A DNA stretch of 64,000 nucleotides. It comes from Chloroflexota bacterium (GTDB lineage: Bacteria; Chloroflexota; Anaerolineae; UBA1429). Both the position numbers and the translations under genes were made by a program. The stretch is from positions 9,925-73,924 of the forward strand of contig JAIOAW010000014.1 of the NCBI GenBank assembly GCA_019873625.1, given 5' to 3'. This document shows, one piece after another, positions 46,724 to 56,247 of the stretch. The stretch's first letter is position 1. Each line of letters opens with the position of its first letter. The notes below the pieces were generated by a model. The model saw nothing but the letters and a program-made list of their open reading frames with translations, made no database searches and was not told the origin of the DNA.

Positions 46724-46964
46724 GGAGCGCGAGGCGCTCTCCGTATGGCGTTCCCTCTCCCACGTTGAGTGGGAGAGGGTGAGGGGGAGCGGAGGCTCCT
46801 GCTTCGCATCGCGGGTCGGGAAGCCCGCGCTCCGGCAATAGGTAAGGGAGCGCGAGGCGCTCTCCGTATGGCGTTCCCTCTCCCACGTTGAGTGGGAGAG
46901 GGTCAGGGTGAGGGGGAGCGCGAGGCCCCTGCCTCGCGCTGCGGACCGGGAGGCCCGCGCTCCG
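46724..46964. repeat. Two tandem composite REP/MITE-like units of about 115 bp
   Basis: Units 46724-46834 and 46847-46964 start with an identical stretch of about 57 bp. Each is bounded by GGAGCGCG...CGCGCTCC and contains a CCCTCTCCCAC...GTGGGAGAGGG hairpin. Confidence 0.85.
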
Positions 46965-46969
46965 TCTAC

Positions 46970-47908
46970 TTATCCTCTCCCGTGCGCCGCGAGGTAGGCG
47001 TTGGCCTCTTCCCACGTGGGCTGGCCGTTGAAGCCGCCCACCTGGGCCACCGTCAGCGCGCCGCAGGTAACGGCCAATTCCACAGCCCGCCTGAGGGGTT
47101 CGCCCTTTAGCCAGCCGGCCAGGAACCCGCCGTCGAACGTATCGCCCGCGCCGGTCGTATCCATCACCTGCACGGGCCAGGCCGGCACGCGGATCCTTTC
47201 CTCCCCGCGCACGGCCACGGCCCCTTCCGCGCCGAGTTTCACCACCAAGGTCGGCACGCGCGCCGCCATCTTGGCGATGGCGCGTTCGACATCGCGCTCG
47301 CCGGTGATGGCCATCACCTCATTCTCGTTCGGCATAAAGACGTCCACATATTCCAGAAGGTCATCCACCTTCCATTCTTCCGTCGGGTCCCAGTTCGTGT
47401 CGAGCGAGACGGTCATCCCTGCCTCGCGCGCTAGGCGCATCATCTTGGGCATATCGGGGCGCAGGGCGGTGAGCAGGAAGGGGCTGGCCACATGGAGATG
47501 TCGCGCCATATGCACCCAATCTTCGCCCAAATCTTCATAGCAAACCTTGGCGATAGACCCCAAATACGTGAGCATCGCGCGATCTTGGCCCTTGGAGAGG
47601 ATGATCGTCGCGCCCGTTTTGATGGTGGGGTCTATCTTGACGCGCGCAACATCCACCCCCACGGCGCGCATCGCATCGAGCATAAAGTGCCCAAATAGGT
47701 CGTCTCCTACGCGGCTCACGTAGAGCACCTTGAGGCCCATCTTGGCGGCGCTCGCGGCAAAGATGCACGCCGACCCCCCGGCGGAGAGGGTCATATCGTC
47801 CACGAGTTTTTCCACCTGGCCGAATTCAGGCTCCACATCGCCTTTGAGCACAAGGTCTATGTTGAGTTCGCCGGCTACGATCACATCATAAGGGGCAGGT
47901 CTGCTCAT
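46970..47908 (-). CDS. PfkB/ribokinase family carbohydrate kinase
   Basis: AGGSAC, VGDDLFG, PNENE, VKLGAEG and DTTGAGDTFDGG. Confidence 0.93.
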   Translation of the reverse strand: MSRPAPYDVIVAGELNIDLVLKGDVEPEFGQVEKLVDDMTLSAGGSACIFAASAAKMGLKVLYVSRVGDDLFGHFMLDAMRAVGVDVARVKIDPTIKTGATIILSKGQDRAMLTYLGSIAKVCYEDLGEDWVHMARHLHVASPFLLTALRPDMPKMMRLAREAGMTVSLDTNWDPTEEWKVDDLLEYVDVFMPNENEVMAITGERDVERAIAKMAARVPTLVVKLGAEGAVAVRGEERIRVPAWPVQVMDTTGAGDTFDGGFLAGWLKGEPLRRAVELAVTCGALTVAQVGGFNGQPTWEEANAYLAAHGRG

Positions 47909-48978
47909 CCGATCATCTCCGTACCGGTTAGTCGGATCGCCATCACCACATTGCGGGGGCGATCGGGGTTCAGGCCTTTTTTCATCGCGCGGTAATAAGC
48001 CAAGAGTTGAAGGAAAGGCAAATAGAGCACACTGCGCGCCCGCTCCGAAACGGGCGCCTCCAGCGCCAAGGCCCCGTCGCACACGGCCTCCAATCCCTCG
48101 GTGGCATTGGCCAGGCCAAAGACGCGCGCCCCGCGCTCTTTTAAATCTCGCAAGACGGCCACTTCATAGGGGCGCGCCGCCTCGGAAAGGAGCCCCACGA
48201 TGAGATGCTCCTGGCCCACGAGCGCCATAGGGCCGTGGCGGAACTCCATAAAGTGGTATGGCTCCGCCACTGTTTGAGACATCTCTTTGACCTTTACCGT
48301 GGCCTCGCTGGCCAGGCCGTAAAAAGGCCCCGTGCCCAAATAGGTGATGCGGGCGATCGTCTCATCGGCACCCACTTTTTGGGCCAGAGGCTTGGCGCGC
48401 TCGATGACCCCCGAGGCCAACGCGGGGAGGCGGCGCGTCTCTTCCAAGAGTGCCGCATCTCCGGCCGCGAGGGCGGCCCAGGTTTGCACGGCCACGAGCA
48501 TCCCGGCAAAGGAGCGCGTCTGCGCATAACTCTCCTCGCGCCCCCCTGGGATGGCGATGGTCATCGTCGAGGCGCGAGCGAGGCCCGTATCCTCGTAGCA
48601 ACTGATGGTCAGCGCTTCACAGCCGCGGGCGCGCATCTTTTCGACGGCAAGGATCGTCTCGCTCGTCTCTCCGGAGCGCGAGAGCGCCACGATGAGGGGG
48701 GCCTCGCCGGGAGCAAGGAGGGTCTCCGTCTGCAAATAGAGTTCTGACGAAGGCGCGGCGCGGCATACGCGCCCCGTGATACTCTGAAAATACGGCGCCG
48801 CCCACAAAGCCAGGTAATGCGTCGAGCCGCAGCCGATGAATAGGATGCGACGCCCAGTATGACGTTCGAACAGGGCAAGCAGTTCGCGGCGTTGGGCAAG
48901 GGTCGCCTCGATGGCCGATTGCCAACTGGCGCCCTGGGTCGTGATCTCTTGATATGAGAAGGCCCCTGGTTCCGTCAT
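47905..48978 (-). CDS. Tandem SIS-domain protein (GlmS-like isomerase / amino-sugar-phosphate deaminase)
   Basis: IGCGST, SRSGETSET, QTRSF, KVKE, EFRHGP and GLNPDRPRN; no glutaminase domain. Confidence 0.9.
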   Translation of the reverse strand: MTEPGAFSYQEITTQGASWQSAIEATLAQRRELLALFERHTGRRILFIGCGSTHYLALWAAPYFQSITGRVCRAAPSSELYLQTETLLAPGEAPLIVALSRSGETSETILAVEKMRARGCEALTISCYEDTGLARASTMTIAIPGGREESYAQTRSFAGMLVAVQTWAALAAGDAALLEETRRLPALASGVIERAKPLAQKVGADETIARITYLGTGPFYGLASEATVKVKEMSQTVAEPYHFMEFRHGPMALVGQEHLIVGLLSEAARPYEVAVLRDLKERGARVFGLANATEGLEAVCDGALALEAPVSERARSVLYLPFLQLLAYYRAMKKGLNPDRPRNVVMAIRLTGTEMIG

Positions 48979-49121
48979 ATCCCCTCCCGTCTTCAAGATG
49001 AGCCTTTTATACCACACCGCGCGGCCTTGGGCAAACATCCAAGGCGGGGCCGGCGTTTCGATGCTTGGCAGGAGGCGCCAGGGCGCTATAATGGAGGCGC
49101 CACCACCTAAGGAGAGCCATC

Positions 49122-50261
49122 GTGGGCCTGATCCTTTTGCGCTATGGAGAGATCGCCCTAAAAGGGCAGAACCGGCAAGAGTTTCTGCGCTGTTTGCGGC
49201 GCAACGTGCGCCGCTGCCTGCGAGAGCATCACATCGCGGGCGAGGTCGAATCGGTAGGCCAGCGCCTCTACGTGCGCACCGAGCAGGTCGAAGAGGCGCT
49301 GGCGCCGCTCAGCCGCGTGTTCGGATTGGTCTCCCTCAGCCCCGTGCGAGAAGTGCCCCGCGATGTGGATGCGATCATCGCCGCGGCCATCGAAGAGGCC
49401 CGCGCCGCCGGCTTGAACGAAAACTCATCGTTTCGCGTGCAGGCGCGCCGCGCCGATAAGACCTTCCCCCACACCTCGCCCGAAATCAACCGCCTGGTGG
49501 GCGAAGGCGTGGCCCAGGCCCTCCACGCCCGCGTGGACCTTTCGGCCAATGCGGATATAACCCTCGGCGTCGAAATCGCCCAGGATGCGGCGCTCGTCTT
49601 TGCGCGCGTCATCCCCGCGCCGGGCGGGTTCCCCATCGGCGTGGAGGGGCGCGTCGTGGCGCTCATCTCCGGGGGGATTGATTCCCCCGTGGCAGCCTGG
49701 ATGATGATGAAGCGGGGGTGTTACGTCATCCCCCTCCATTTCAGCCAAAATGAGGTCGAGACCTCCAAAGCGCTCGATAACATCGCCCAACTTAGCCGCT
49801 ACAGTTACGGCTGGGAATTGCGCCCCTTCGTCCTCGACCACGCCGCCACGGTGATGCCTACGTTGGAAAAGTTGCGCGCCATCGGCGAATCCCGCTGGAA
49901 CTGCATCTTTTGCAAACGCGTCCTCATCGCAAAGGCCTGCGAAATCGCCGAGGAACAGGGAGCATTAGGCGTGGTGATGGGCGATGCCTTGGGCCAGGTG
50001 GCCAGCCAATCTCTGGCGAATTTGGCCGCCATCTCCTATGGGGCGCCTTTGCCCATCTTACGGCCGCTCCTCGGCCTCGATAAGACGGAGATCATCGCCC
50101 TGGCGCGGCGCATCGGCACCTTTGCCATTTCAACGCGCGCCCAAGCGCCGTGCGCCTTTTTGCCTAACCACCCCGTCACGCGCGGCTCCCTATCCAAATT
50201 GCGAGACATCCTAAACCGCCTGAAGGCCTTGGAGGCAGAACCCTATGAACCCTCGATTTGA
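49122..50261 (+). CDS. thiI: tRNA 4-thiouridine synthase ThiI (no rhodanese domain; CxxC + C type)
   Basis: RYGEIALKG, THUMP domain, PP-loop SGGIDSPVA, GQVASQ, CIFC and PCAF. Confidence 0.93.
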   Translation: MGLILLRYGEIALKGQNRQEFLRCLRRNVRRCLREHHIAGEVESVGQRLYVRTEQVEEALAPLSRVFGLVSLSPVREVPRDVDAIIAAAIEEARAAGLNENSSFRVQARRADKTFPHTSPEINRLVGEGVAQALHARVDLSANADITLGVEIAQDAALVFARVIPAPGGFPIGVEGRVVALISGGIDSPVAAWMMMKRGCYVIPLHFSQNEVETSKALDNIAQLSRYSYGWELRPFVLDHAATVMPTLEKLRAIGESRWNCIFCKRVLIAKACEIAEEQGALGVVMGDALGQVASQSLANLAAISYGAPLPILRPLLGLDKTEIIALARRIGTFAISTRAQAPCAFLPNHPVTRGSLSKLRDILNRLKALEAEPYEPSI

Positions 50262-52893
50262 TTCGCACCCCCCGTCGTGGGCTGTGCGGTGGGCCGTGGC
50301 CCTCATCATCGCCTTCGCCTTTTCCGGTGCGTTGACGGCGTGCAGCGGCTGGGGCCTCTTGCGGCCCATAGCGCCTAGCCCATCTCCCACGGTGCCGGCC
50401 TCTCCACTGCCCCCCACGGCTACAGCGGAGGCCACCCTCGCGCCCACGGCGCCGCCGGCCACCACAACGCCCACGCCCCGCCCCACCTTGCCCGCTCAGC
50501 CGATGGTCATCGGCCGTTTTGCCCTGCCTGGCGTACCCGAGCCGGGCCTGGGGCCTGTGGGGGTAGCCATCGTGGGCGAACGGGCCTATGTGGCGAATGC
50601 GAATACGGATAACGTCTCGATTCTCCAAGGGAACGCGGTGAAAGCCGTGGTGCGCGTAGGGCGCGAGCCGCGCGCCATCCTGGCAGACCCCTCCACGGGC
50701 CGCGTTTTTGCCCTGAGCGAGCGCGATAGCGCCATCGCCGTGCTGGAAGGCGAGGCCGCTCAGGCCACTTGGCCCCTGGCGGACCCGCCCTATGCAGCGG
50801 CCCTTGCCCCCAATGGCCTGTGGGTGGCCAGCCTCTATAACGGCATCCTCACCCTCCTTTCGCTAGAAGATGGCCAGCCCCTTCAGCGCATGGCCCTGGC
50901 CGACGCGCCCACCCTCTATGGCCTGCTCTCCTCGCCCGATGGGGCCTTCCTCTACGCCGCGGGGCCTTCGCGGCTCTACCGGATAGACGTGGCCCGGATG
51001 CGGGTTGACGCGGCGGATATCGAGAATTACCAGGCGATGGCCCTCTCTCCCGACGGGCGGACCCTTTACCTGGCCCGCTATGATGAGGCCTCGCTCCAGA
51101 CGGCCATCGAAATGCGCGATGCGGCTACGCTGGCCGTCATTGGCCAAGGGCCATCCCTCCGGGACCTTTCGGCGCTCGCTCTCTCGCCGCATGGAGACCG
51201 CCTCTACGCCCTTTCGAGCACCTCCGGCGAACTGTGGGCCTGGAATCTGCCCAATTTCTCCGAGGCGGGCCACCTGGTCGTGGGGCTTGGCCCAGCGGCC
51301 TTGGCGCTGAACCCCACGGGGTCGCTCGCCTACATCGCCAATTATGAGGCGGCGAGCCTCGCCGTGGTGGACGCGATGAGCCTCCGCCTGGTGGATACGG
51401 TGCCCCTCGCTCCCCTCATCGAGGACTTGGCCGTTCACCCCACCGAGGGGAGTGTGTACGTCGCCTTGAGCAGCGCCGACCGCGTGCTCGTCTACCGCGA
51501 AGGGGCCTGGCAGGCCGCCTGGCGCGTTCCGCCCTACCCCTCGCGGCTGGCCTACATCGCCCCCTTGGGGCAACTCGCCGTCTTGAGCCGCGCCGAAGGC
51601 ACCCTCGCCTTCCTCGATGGCGAGGGGCGCGCCGTCGCGCGCTATACGGTAGGCGCCAAACCGCAGGGCCTCGCGGTGGATTTGGCCCATCGGCGCGCCT
51701 ATGCGGGCGGTGCCATGGTGGATTGGGAAAGGGGAACGACCACCTTTTGGTATGTGCCCGACGCCCTTCAGGCCGAATGGCCGCCCATCCACATCGTACT
51801 GGATACGCGGCGAGATATACCCTATGCCGTCGCCTTCAACGGCATCCCCGGGTCGAACGGCGGTTACATCATCGTCCGTTGGAACGGCGAACGCTTTGAC
51901 CGCTCCCTGCCCGCGCCGGGCAAACTGAGCGTGGCCCAAGCCCTTTATGACGAAAAGATGGATCGGTTCTATTCGACTTACGCCCGTATGGGGACCTTTG
52001 GCTTGCAGGTGGCGAACGCCGAAGATGCCGCCGAAATCGCCGATATCCCTCTGGAGCGATACCCTACGGCGCTCGTGCTGAACCCTAGCACGTGGCATCT
52101 GTGGGTGGTCCTGCCCGCTCTGGGCCAAGCCGAGCCGGGAGATACGCTGGTGCGCGCCTACGATACGCGCACCTTGGGCCTTGCCGCCGAAATGGTCCTC
52201 CCCGAGCGGCTGGGCGCCGCCGTGTTGGATGCCTCCAATGGCCTCCTTTATCTCGCCAGCCAACGCCGGGGCAACCTGTTCATCGTGCAGGATGTGCCCT
52301 TGCCGGCCCCGCCGCAAGCGCTCGCCCAGCCCACGGCCACTTCTCAGCCGCCTAGGCCCAGCCCTTCGCCCACGTTCACGCGCACGCCCACCCGCAAGCC
52401 CTCTCCCACAGCCACCAAGGTGCCCCCGCCCCCCACGTGCGTGGGCGAGGCCGACGCCCGGCTGCGCAAGGCCTGGCAAGCGCTCGGCGCAGACGCGGGG
52501 ATGGGCTGCGCCTACACCTTGGCCGAAGAGGGGCCTTGGGCCACCCAGCCCTTCGAGCACGGCACCCTGTATTGGTATGGCAATGCGCAGCAGATCATCG
52601 CGCTCCTTGAAGATGGGCGTTGGATGGCCTATGACGACCTCTGGCGCGAAGGGATGCCCCCCGAAAGTTGCCAGGCCCAGCCGCCGGCCGGGCGTTATGT
52701 GCCCATCCGGGGGTTCGGTCACCTATGGTGCCGCGAAACTTTTCTGCGGGACGCCCTAGGTTGGGCCACCGCGCCCGAACAGGGCTTTCAAGGAATCTAT
52801 CAAACCTTCGAAAAGGGGGCCATCTTGCGCGAGCCAGACGGGAGCGCCCGGGCCTTTCGCAACGATGGCACGTGGCAAAAGTTCAACCCATAA
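50245..52893 (+). CDS. Lipoprotein with YncE/YVTN-like beta-propellers, Pro/Thr linkers and a C-terminal Chloroflexi-type RGFG..W domain
   Basis: Lipobox LTAC; RAYVAN and LAYIAN blades; QPFEHG and PIRGFGHLW...LGWA motifs. Confidence 0.75.
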   Translation: MNPRFDSHPPSWAVRWAVALIIAFAFSGALTACSGWGLLRPIAPSPSPTVPASPLPPTATAEATLAPTAPPATTTPTPRPTLPAQPMVIGRFALPGVPEPGLGPVGVAIVGERAYVANANTDNVSILQGNAVKAVVRVGREPRAILADPSTGRVFALSERDSAIAVLEGEAAQATWPLADPPYAAALAPNGLWVASLYNGILTLLSLEDGQPLQRMALADAPTLYGLLSSPDGAFLYAAGPSRLYRIDVARMRVDAADIENYQAMALSPDGRTLYLARYDEASLQTAIEMRDAATLAVIGQGPSLRDLSALALSPHGDRLYALSSTSGELWAWNLPNFSEAGHLVVGLGPAALALNPTGSLAYIANYEAASLAVVDAMSLRLVDTVPLAPLIEDLAVHPTEGSVYVALSSADRVLVYREGAWQAAWRVPPYPSRLAYIAPLGQLAVLSRAEGTLAFLDGEGRAVARYTVGAKPQGLAVDLAHRRAYAGGAMVDWERGTTTFWYVPDALQAEWPPIHIVLDTRRDIPYAVAFNGIPGSNGGYIIVRWNGERFDRSLPAPGKLSVAQALYDEKMDRFYSTYARMGTFGLQVANAEDAAEIADIPLERYPTALVLNPSTWHLWVVLPALGQAEPGDTLVRAYDTRTLGLAAEMVLPERLGAAVLDASNGLLYLASQRRGNLFIVQDVPLPAPPQALAQPTATSQPPRPSPSPTFTRTPTRKPSPTATKVPPPPTCVGEADARLRKAWQALGADAGMGCAYTLAEEGPWATQPFEHGTLYWYGNAQQIIALLEDGRWMAYDDLWREGMPPESCQAQPPAGRYVPIRGFGHLWCRETFLRDALGWATAPEQGFQGIYQTFEKGAILREPDGSARAFRNDGTWQKFNP

Positions 52894-52918
52894 ACGCGTT
52901 CAGGGCGAGGAGGCCGAG

Positions 52919-54460
52919 ATGAAACGAGAGCGTGCTTCGGGCATCCTATGCCACCCTACCTGCTTGCCGGGGCCTTCGGGCATCGGCGACCTGGGCCGGG
53001 GGTGCGACCTCCTGCTGGATTTTTTGGCGCGGGCTGGGCAGACCATTTGGCAAACCTTGCCGATTGTGCCCACGGGGTATGGAGATTCACCTTATCAGCC
53101 CTTTTCCGTTTTTGCGGGGAACCCGCTCCTGATAGACCTCGAGCAACTTGCCGATTGGGGCCTGCTCACGCCGGCGCAGGCGCGGCCCCCAACCCCCTTA
53201 CCAGAGGATTATGTAGACTATGGCGCGGTGATCGCCTTCAAAGATGGCGCCCTGCGAGCCGCCTTTCGCAAGTTTGCCCGTTCGCCGGGGAGCCTTGAGG
53301 GGGAATTCGAGGCCTTTTGCCGTGAGCATACGGCCTGGCTGGAGGATTACGCCCTGTTTATGGCGCTCAAACGCCACTTTCGCTGGGCGCCGTGGACGGC
53401 GTGGGAGCGCCCCATCGCCCGCCGAGATGCGCAGGCCCTGGCCGCCTGGCGCGAGCGGCTCGCGGAGGAGGTGGCCTACCAGCGCTTTATCCAATTCGTG
53501 TTCGAAAAGCAGTGGCAGCGCGTGCGCCAGGCCGCCCAGGCGCGCGGCATCCGCATTATGGGGGATATGCCCATCTTCGTCGGGCATGATAGCGCAGACG
53601 TCTGGAGCCACCAGGCCTTGTTCGAACTCGACGAGGACGGCATACCCCTCGCCGTGGCCGGCGTGCCCCCCGATTACTTTAGCCCCACCGGGCAACTCTG
53701 GGGCAACCCCCTTTATCGCTGGGAGGTGATGCGGCGCGACGGGTACGCCTGGTGGATCGCCCGGCTCAAGCGCGCCCTCACCCAGGCCGATATGGTGCGC
53801 ATTGACCATTTTCGCGGTTTTGCCGCTTATTGGCGCGTGCCCGCCGGCGAAGAGACGGCCATCCATGGCGAGTGGGTGCCCGGCCCCGGCGCGGACTTTT
53901 TCCACGCCGTGCGCCAGGCCCTAGGCAGCCTGCCCATCGTCGCCGAGGATTTGGGCCTCATCACGGAGGACGTCATCGCCCTGCGCAAGGCTTTCAACCT
54001 CCCTGGGATGCGGGTTCTGCAGTTCGCCTTCGACTCCGATGCGACGAACGAACATCTGCCCCACAACCATTCGGCAGATTGCCTCGTCTACACCGGCACG
54101 CACGATAACGACACGACCGTGGGCTGGTACTCTTCGCGGGACCCGCTCACCCAACACAAAGTGCGTCTGTACACCGGGTCCGATGGGCGAGACATCCATT
54201 GGCACCTCATCCGGTTGGCGATGACCTCCGTAGCCGATTATGCCATTATCCCCTTGCAAGACGTGCTGGGCCTCGGCAGCGAGGCCCGCTTCAATACGCC
54301 CGGCCGCCCATTCGGCAACTGGGCCTGGCGCTTTCGCGAGGAGGCGCTCCAGGGCGCCCTGGCGGACGCGCTGAGGGACCTCGCCCTAATCTCCGGGCGT
54401 TGGTGGCCGCCCAAAGAGGAGGAAAAGGCAGATGCTTGTGATGATTTGCCCATTGTATAA
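52919..54460 (+). CDS. malQ: 4-alpha-glucanotransferase (amylomaltase, GH77)
   Basis: SGILCHPT, DSPY, GVPPDYFSPTGQLWGNP, RIDHFRG, AEDLG and TGTHDNDT. Confidence 0.96.
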   Translation: MKRERASGILCHPTCLPGPSGIGDLGRGCDLLLDFLARAGQTIWQTLPIVPTGYGDSPYQPFSVFAGNPLLIDLEQLADWGLLTPAQARPPTPLPEDYVDYGAVIAFKDGALRAAFRKFARSPGSLEGEFEAFCREHTAWLEDYALFMALKRHFRWAPWTAWERPIARRDAQALAAWRERLAEEVAYQRFIQFVFEKQWQRVRQAAQARGIRIMGDMPIFVGHDSADVWSHQALFELDEDGIPLAVAGVPPDYFSPTGQLWGNPLYRWEVMRRDGYAWWIARLKRALTQADMVRIDHFRGFAAYWRVPAGEETAIHGEWVPGPGADFFHAVRQALGSLPIVAEDLGLITEDVIALRKAFNLPGMRVLQFAFDSDATNEHLPHNHSADCLVYTGTHDNDTTVGWYSSRDPLTQHKVRLYTGSDGRDIHWHLIRLAMTSVADYAIIPLQDVLGLGSEARFNTPGRPFGNWAWRFREEALQGALADALRDLALISGRWWPPKEEEKADACDDLPIV

Positions 54461-54523
54461 AAGGACGGCCTTTTCTATAATGAACGCGCCAAGGCTAGCC
54501 TATTGAACGAAGGAGGCAATGCG

Positions 54524-55345
54524 ATGACGGGGAACGATGCGGGGTGGCTTCGTGCCCATTCTGACGAGGATGAAGAGTGGCAACGCCAAGAGGCGAAACC
54601 AGCCCATTATGTGGATTTCGCCATCCACACCCATTATCTGCGCGAATTCCTTAAAGGGGGCGAACGCGTGCTCGAGGTGGGCGCTGGCGCGGGGCGCTTT
54701 ACGCGCACATTGGCCCTCATCCCCACGCGCATCACCGTGGCGGATATTTCCCCCGCCAAATTGCAGCGCAACCGGCGCAATGCCGAGGCGCTGGGCTACG
54801 CCGAGGCCATCGAGGCCTGGTGCGAGTGCGATATGTGCGACCTCAAACCCCACTTTCAAGAGGGCGCTTTTGACGCCGTGGTCTGCTATGGCGGGCCGCT
54901 CAGTTACGTCTTCGACCGGCGCTTCAAGGCCATCCAAGAGTTGGTGCGCGTTGTGCGGCAAGGGGGGTTGCTCTTCCTCAGCGCCCGCAGCCTTTGGGGC
55001 ACGCTCCATGCGGATTTGCCGCATATCCTGCGCTATGACCCGCGCATCAACCGTGAGATCATCGAAACGGGCAACCTGGGGCCAGATAAAGTCGCCCTGG
55101 CCTCGCGCTTCTGGCACGCTTACCGGGCCGACGAGTTCAAGGCCTTCATCGAAGGGGCCGGGGCAGATATCCTCGTCCTCTCGGCGAGCGACGTTCTTTC
55201 CGCCACCTGGCAGGACCTCCTCCCCGCCTGGCGCGAAGATCGCCAGGTGTGGAACCACCTCCTCGAACTCGAACTGGCCGCCTGCCGCCAACCCGGCTGT
55301 TTGGATATGGGGTCGCACATCTTGGCGGTAGCCCGTAAACGATGA
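54524..55345 (+). CDS. Class I SAM-dependent methyltransferase
   Basis: VLEVGAGAGRF, VADIS and FDAVVCYGGPLSY. Confidence 0.9.
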   Translation: MTGNDAGWLRAHSDEDEEWQRQEAKPAHYVDFAIHTHYLREFLKGGERVLEVGAGAGRFTRTLALIPTRITVADISPAKLQRNRRNAEALGYAEAIEAWCECDMCDLKPHFQEGAFDAVVCYGGPLSYVFDRRFKAIQELVRVVRQGGLLFLSARSLWGTLHADLPHILRYDPRINREIIETGNLGPDKVALASRFWHAYRADEFKAFIEGAGADILVLSASDVLSATWQDLLPAWREDRQVWNHLLELELAACRQPGCLDMGSHILAVARKR

Positions 55346-55354
55346 AAACCGTAA

Positions 55355-55390
55355 AACCCTCCCGCAGGTTTTTGAACCTGCGGGAGGGTT
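55355..55390. repeat. REP-like long palindrome, copy 2
   Basis: AACCCTCCCGCAGGTT-TTTG-AACCTGCGGGAGGGTT between convergent genes. Confidence 0.8.
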
Positions 55391-55426
55391 CACTCTGAAA
55401 ACCCACCGCTCTATCGCGTCCTTTCG

Positions 55427-56242
55427 CTACACCTCTAGCCGCCAACCGTCGTAGGCGACCTCGATGCCGTGCGGCGCAAAGAACTCCACGAGCGCCTCAT
55501 GGTGGGGGTTGGCCCCATGCGAAAAGTGGTGCGCAATAAAGCGCGCCCCCGGGCGCAGCAGGCCCTCCTTTTCGAACAAGGCCCGATAGTCGAGGACGGC
55601 GTCCATCCCTAGGTGCTGGCTATCCCCATTCGTGGGGACGGTGCCCATCGTCTCATCCATAATGACCACGTCGAAGCGCTCTTCGCAGATCATCGCCCAC
55701 GCCTCAGGCGTATAGGGGCCTGTATCCGTGGAGTAAAAGAGGGTGCGTGCCCCGTCATTTATGATGTAAAGAAGGGGATCGGCCGTGCCGTGCGAGGCGT
55801 GCACGGCGCGAATCGTATAGCGGCCGCTCTGCCAGCGATCTCCCGGCGCCACCTGAAAGGCGCGGTAGCGCACCTCCTCGGGCGAGCGCTGCACGCGTTC
55901 GCGGAGCATTTGAATGGCGTCATAGGGCGCGTAGATGTTCAACATCGGCACGGGCGTCAGGGCGAACGGCCGTGCGCGGATAAAGAACTGCTCGGGCTGA
56001 AAGTGATCCACATGGCTGTGGGTGATGAGAAGCGTCTCGATGGCCGAGACGTCCACCCCGTATAAGGCGCTGGCGGCGACAATGTCATTGTAGTCAATGA
56101 GGAGATCATCATTGACGAGGAGGGATGACCTCAGGCGAATGTTCCGCCCGCCCCGAGCGCGGGCCTCTTCGCAGTGCGCGCAATGGCAGAACGGCGCAGG
56201 ATATCCCTCCGCAGCCCCCGTTCCCAAAAAGGTGAGACGCAT
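55427..56242 (-). CDS. PhnP-like MBL-fold phosphodiesterase
   Basis: FLGTGAAEG.P..FCHCAHC, THSHVDH, TDTG, HHFSH and AYDG. Confidence 0.88.
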   Translation of the reverse strand: MRLTFLGTGAAEGYPAPFCHCAHCEEARARGGRNIRLRSSLLVNDDLLIDYNDIVAASALYGVDVSAIETLLITHSHVDHFQPEQFFIRARPFALTPVPMLNIYAPYDAIQMLRERVQRSPEEVRYRAFQVAPGDRWQSGRYTIRAVHASHGTADPLLYIINDGARTLFYSTDTGPYTPEAWAMICEERFDVVIMDETMGTVPTNGDSQHLGMDAVLDYRALFEKEGLLRPGARFIAHHFSHGANPHHEALVEFFAPHGIEVAYDGWRLEV

Positions 56243-56247
56243 CGTAC

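Noticed and set aside
46724-46964. CRISPR array
   Set aside because: Only two long units, the intervening sequences are themselves similar and palindromic, and there are no cas genes.
46698-47015. ORF with a duplicated peptide (PLPLNVGEGTPYGERLAL)
   Set aside because: A translation artefact of the non-coding tandem repeat.
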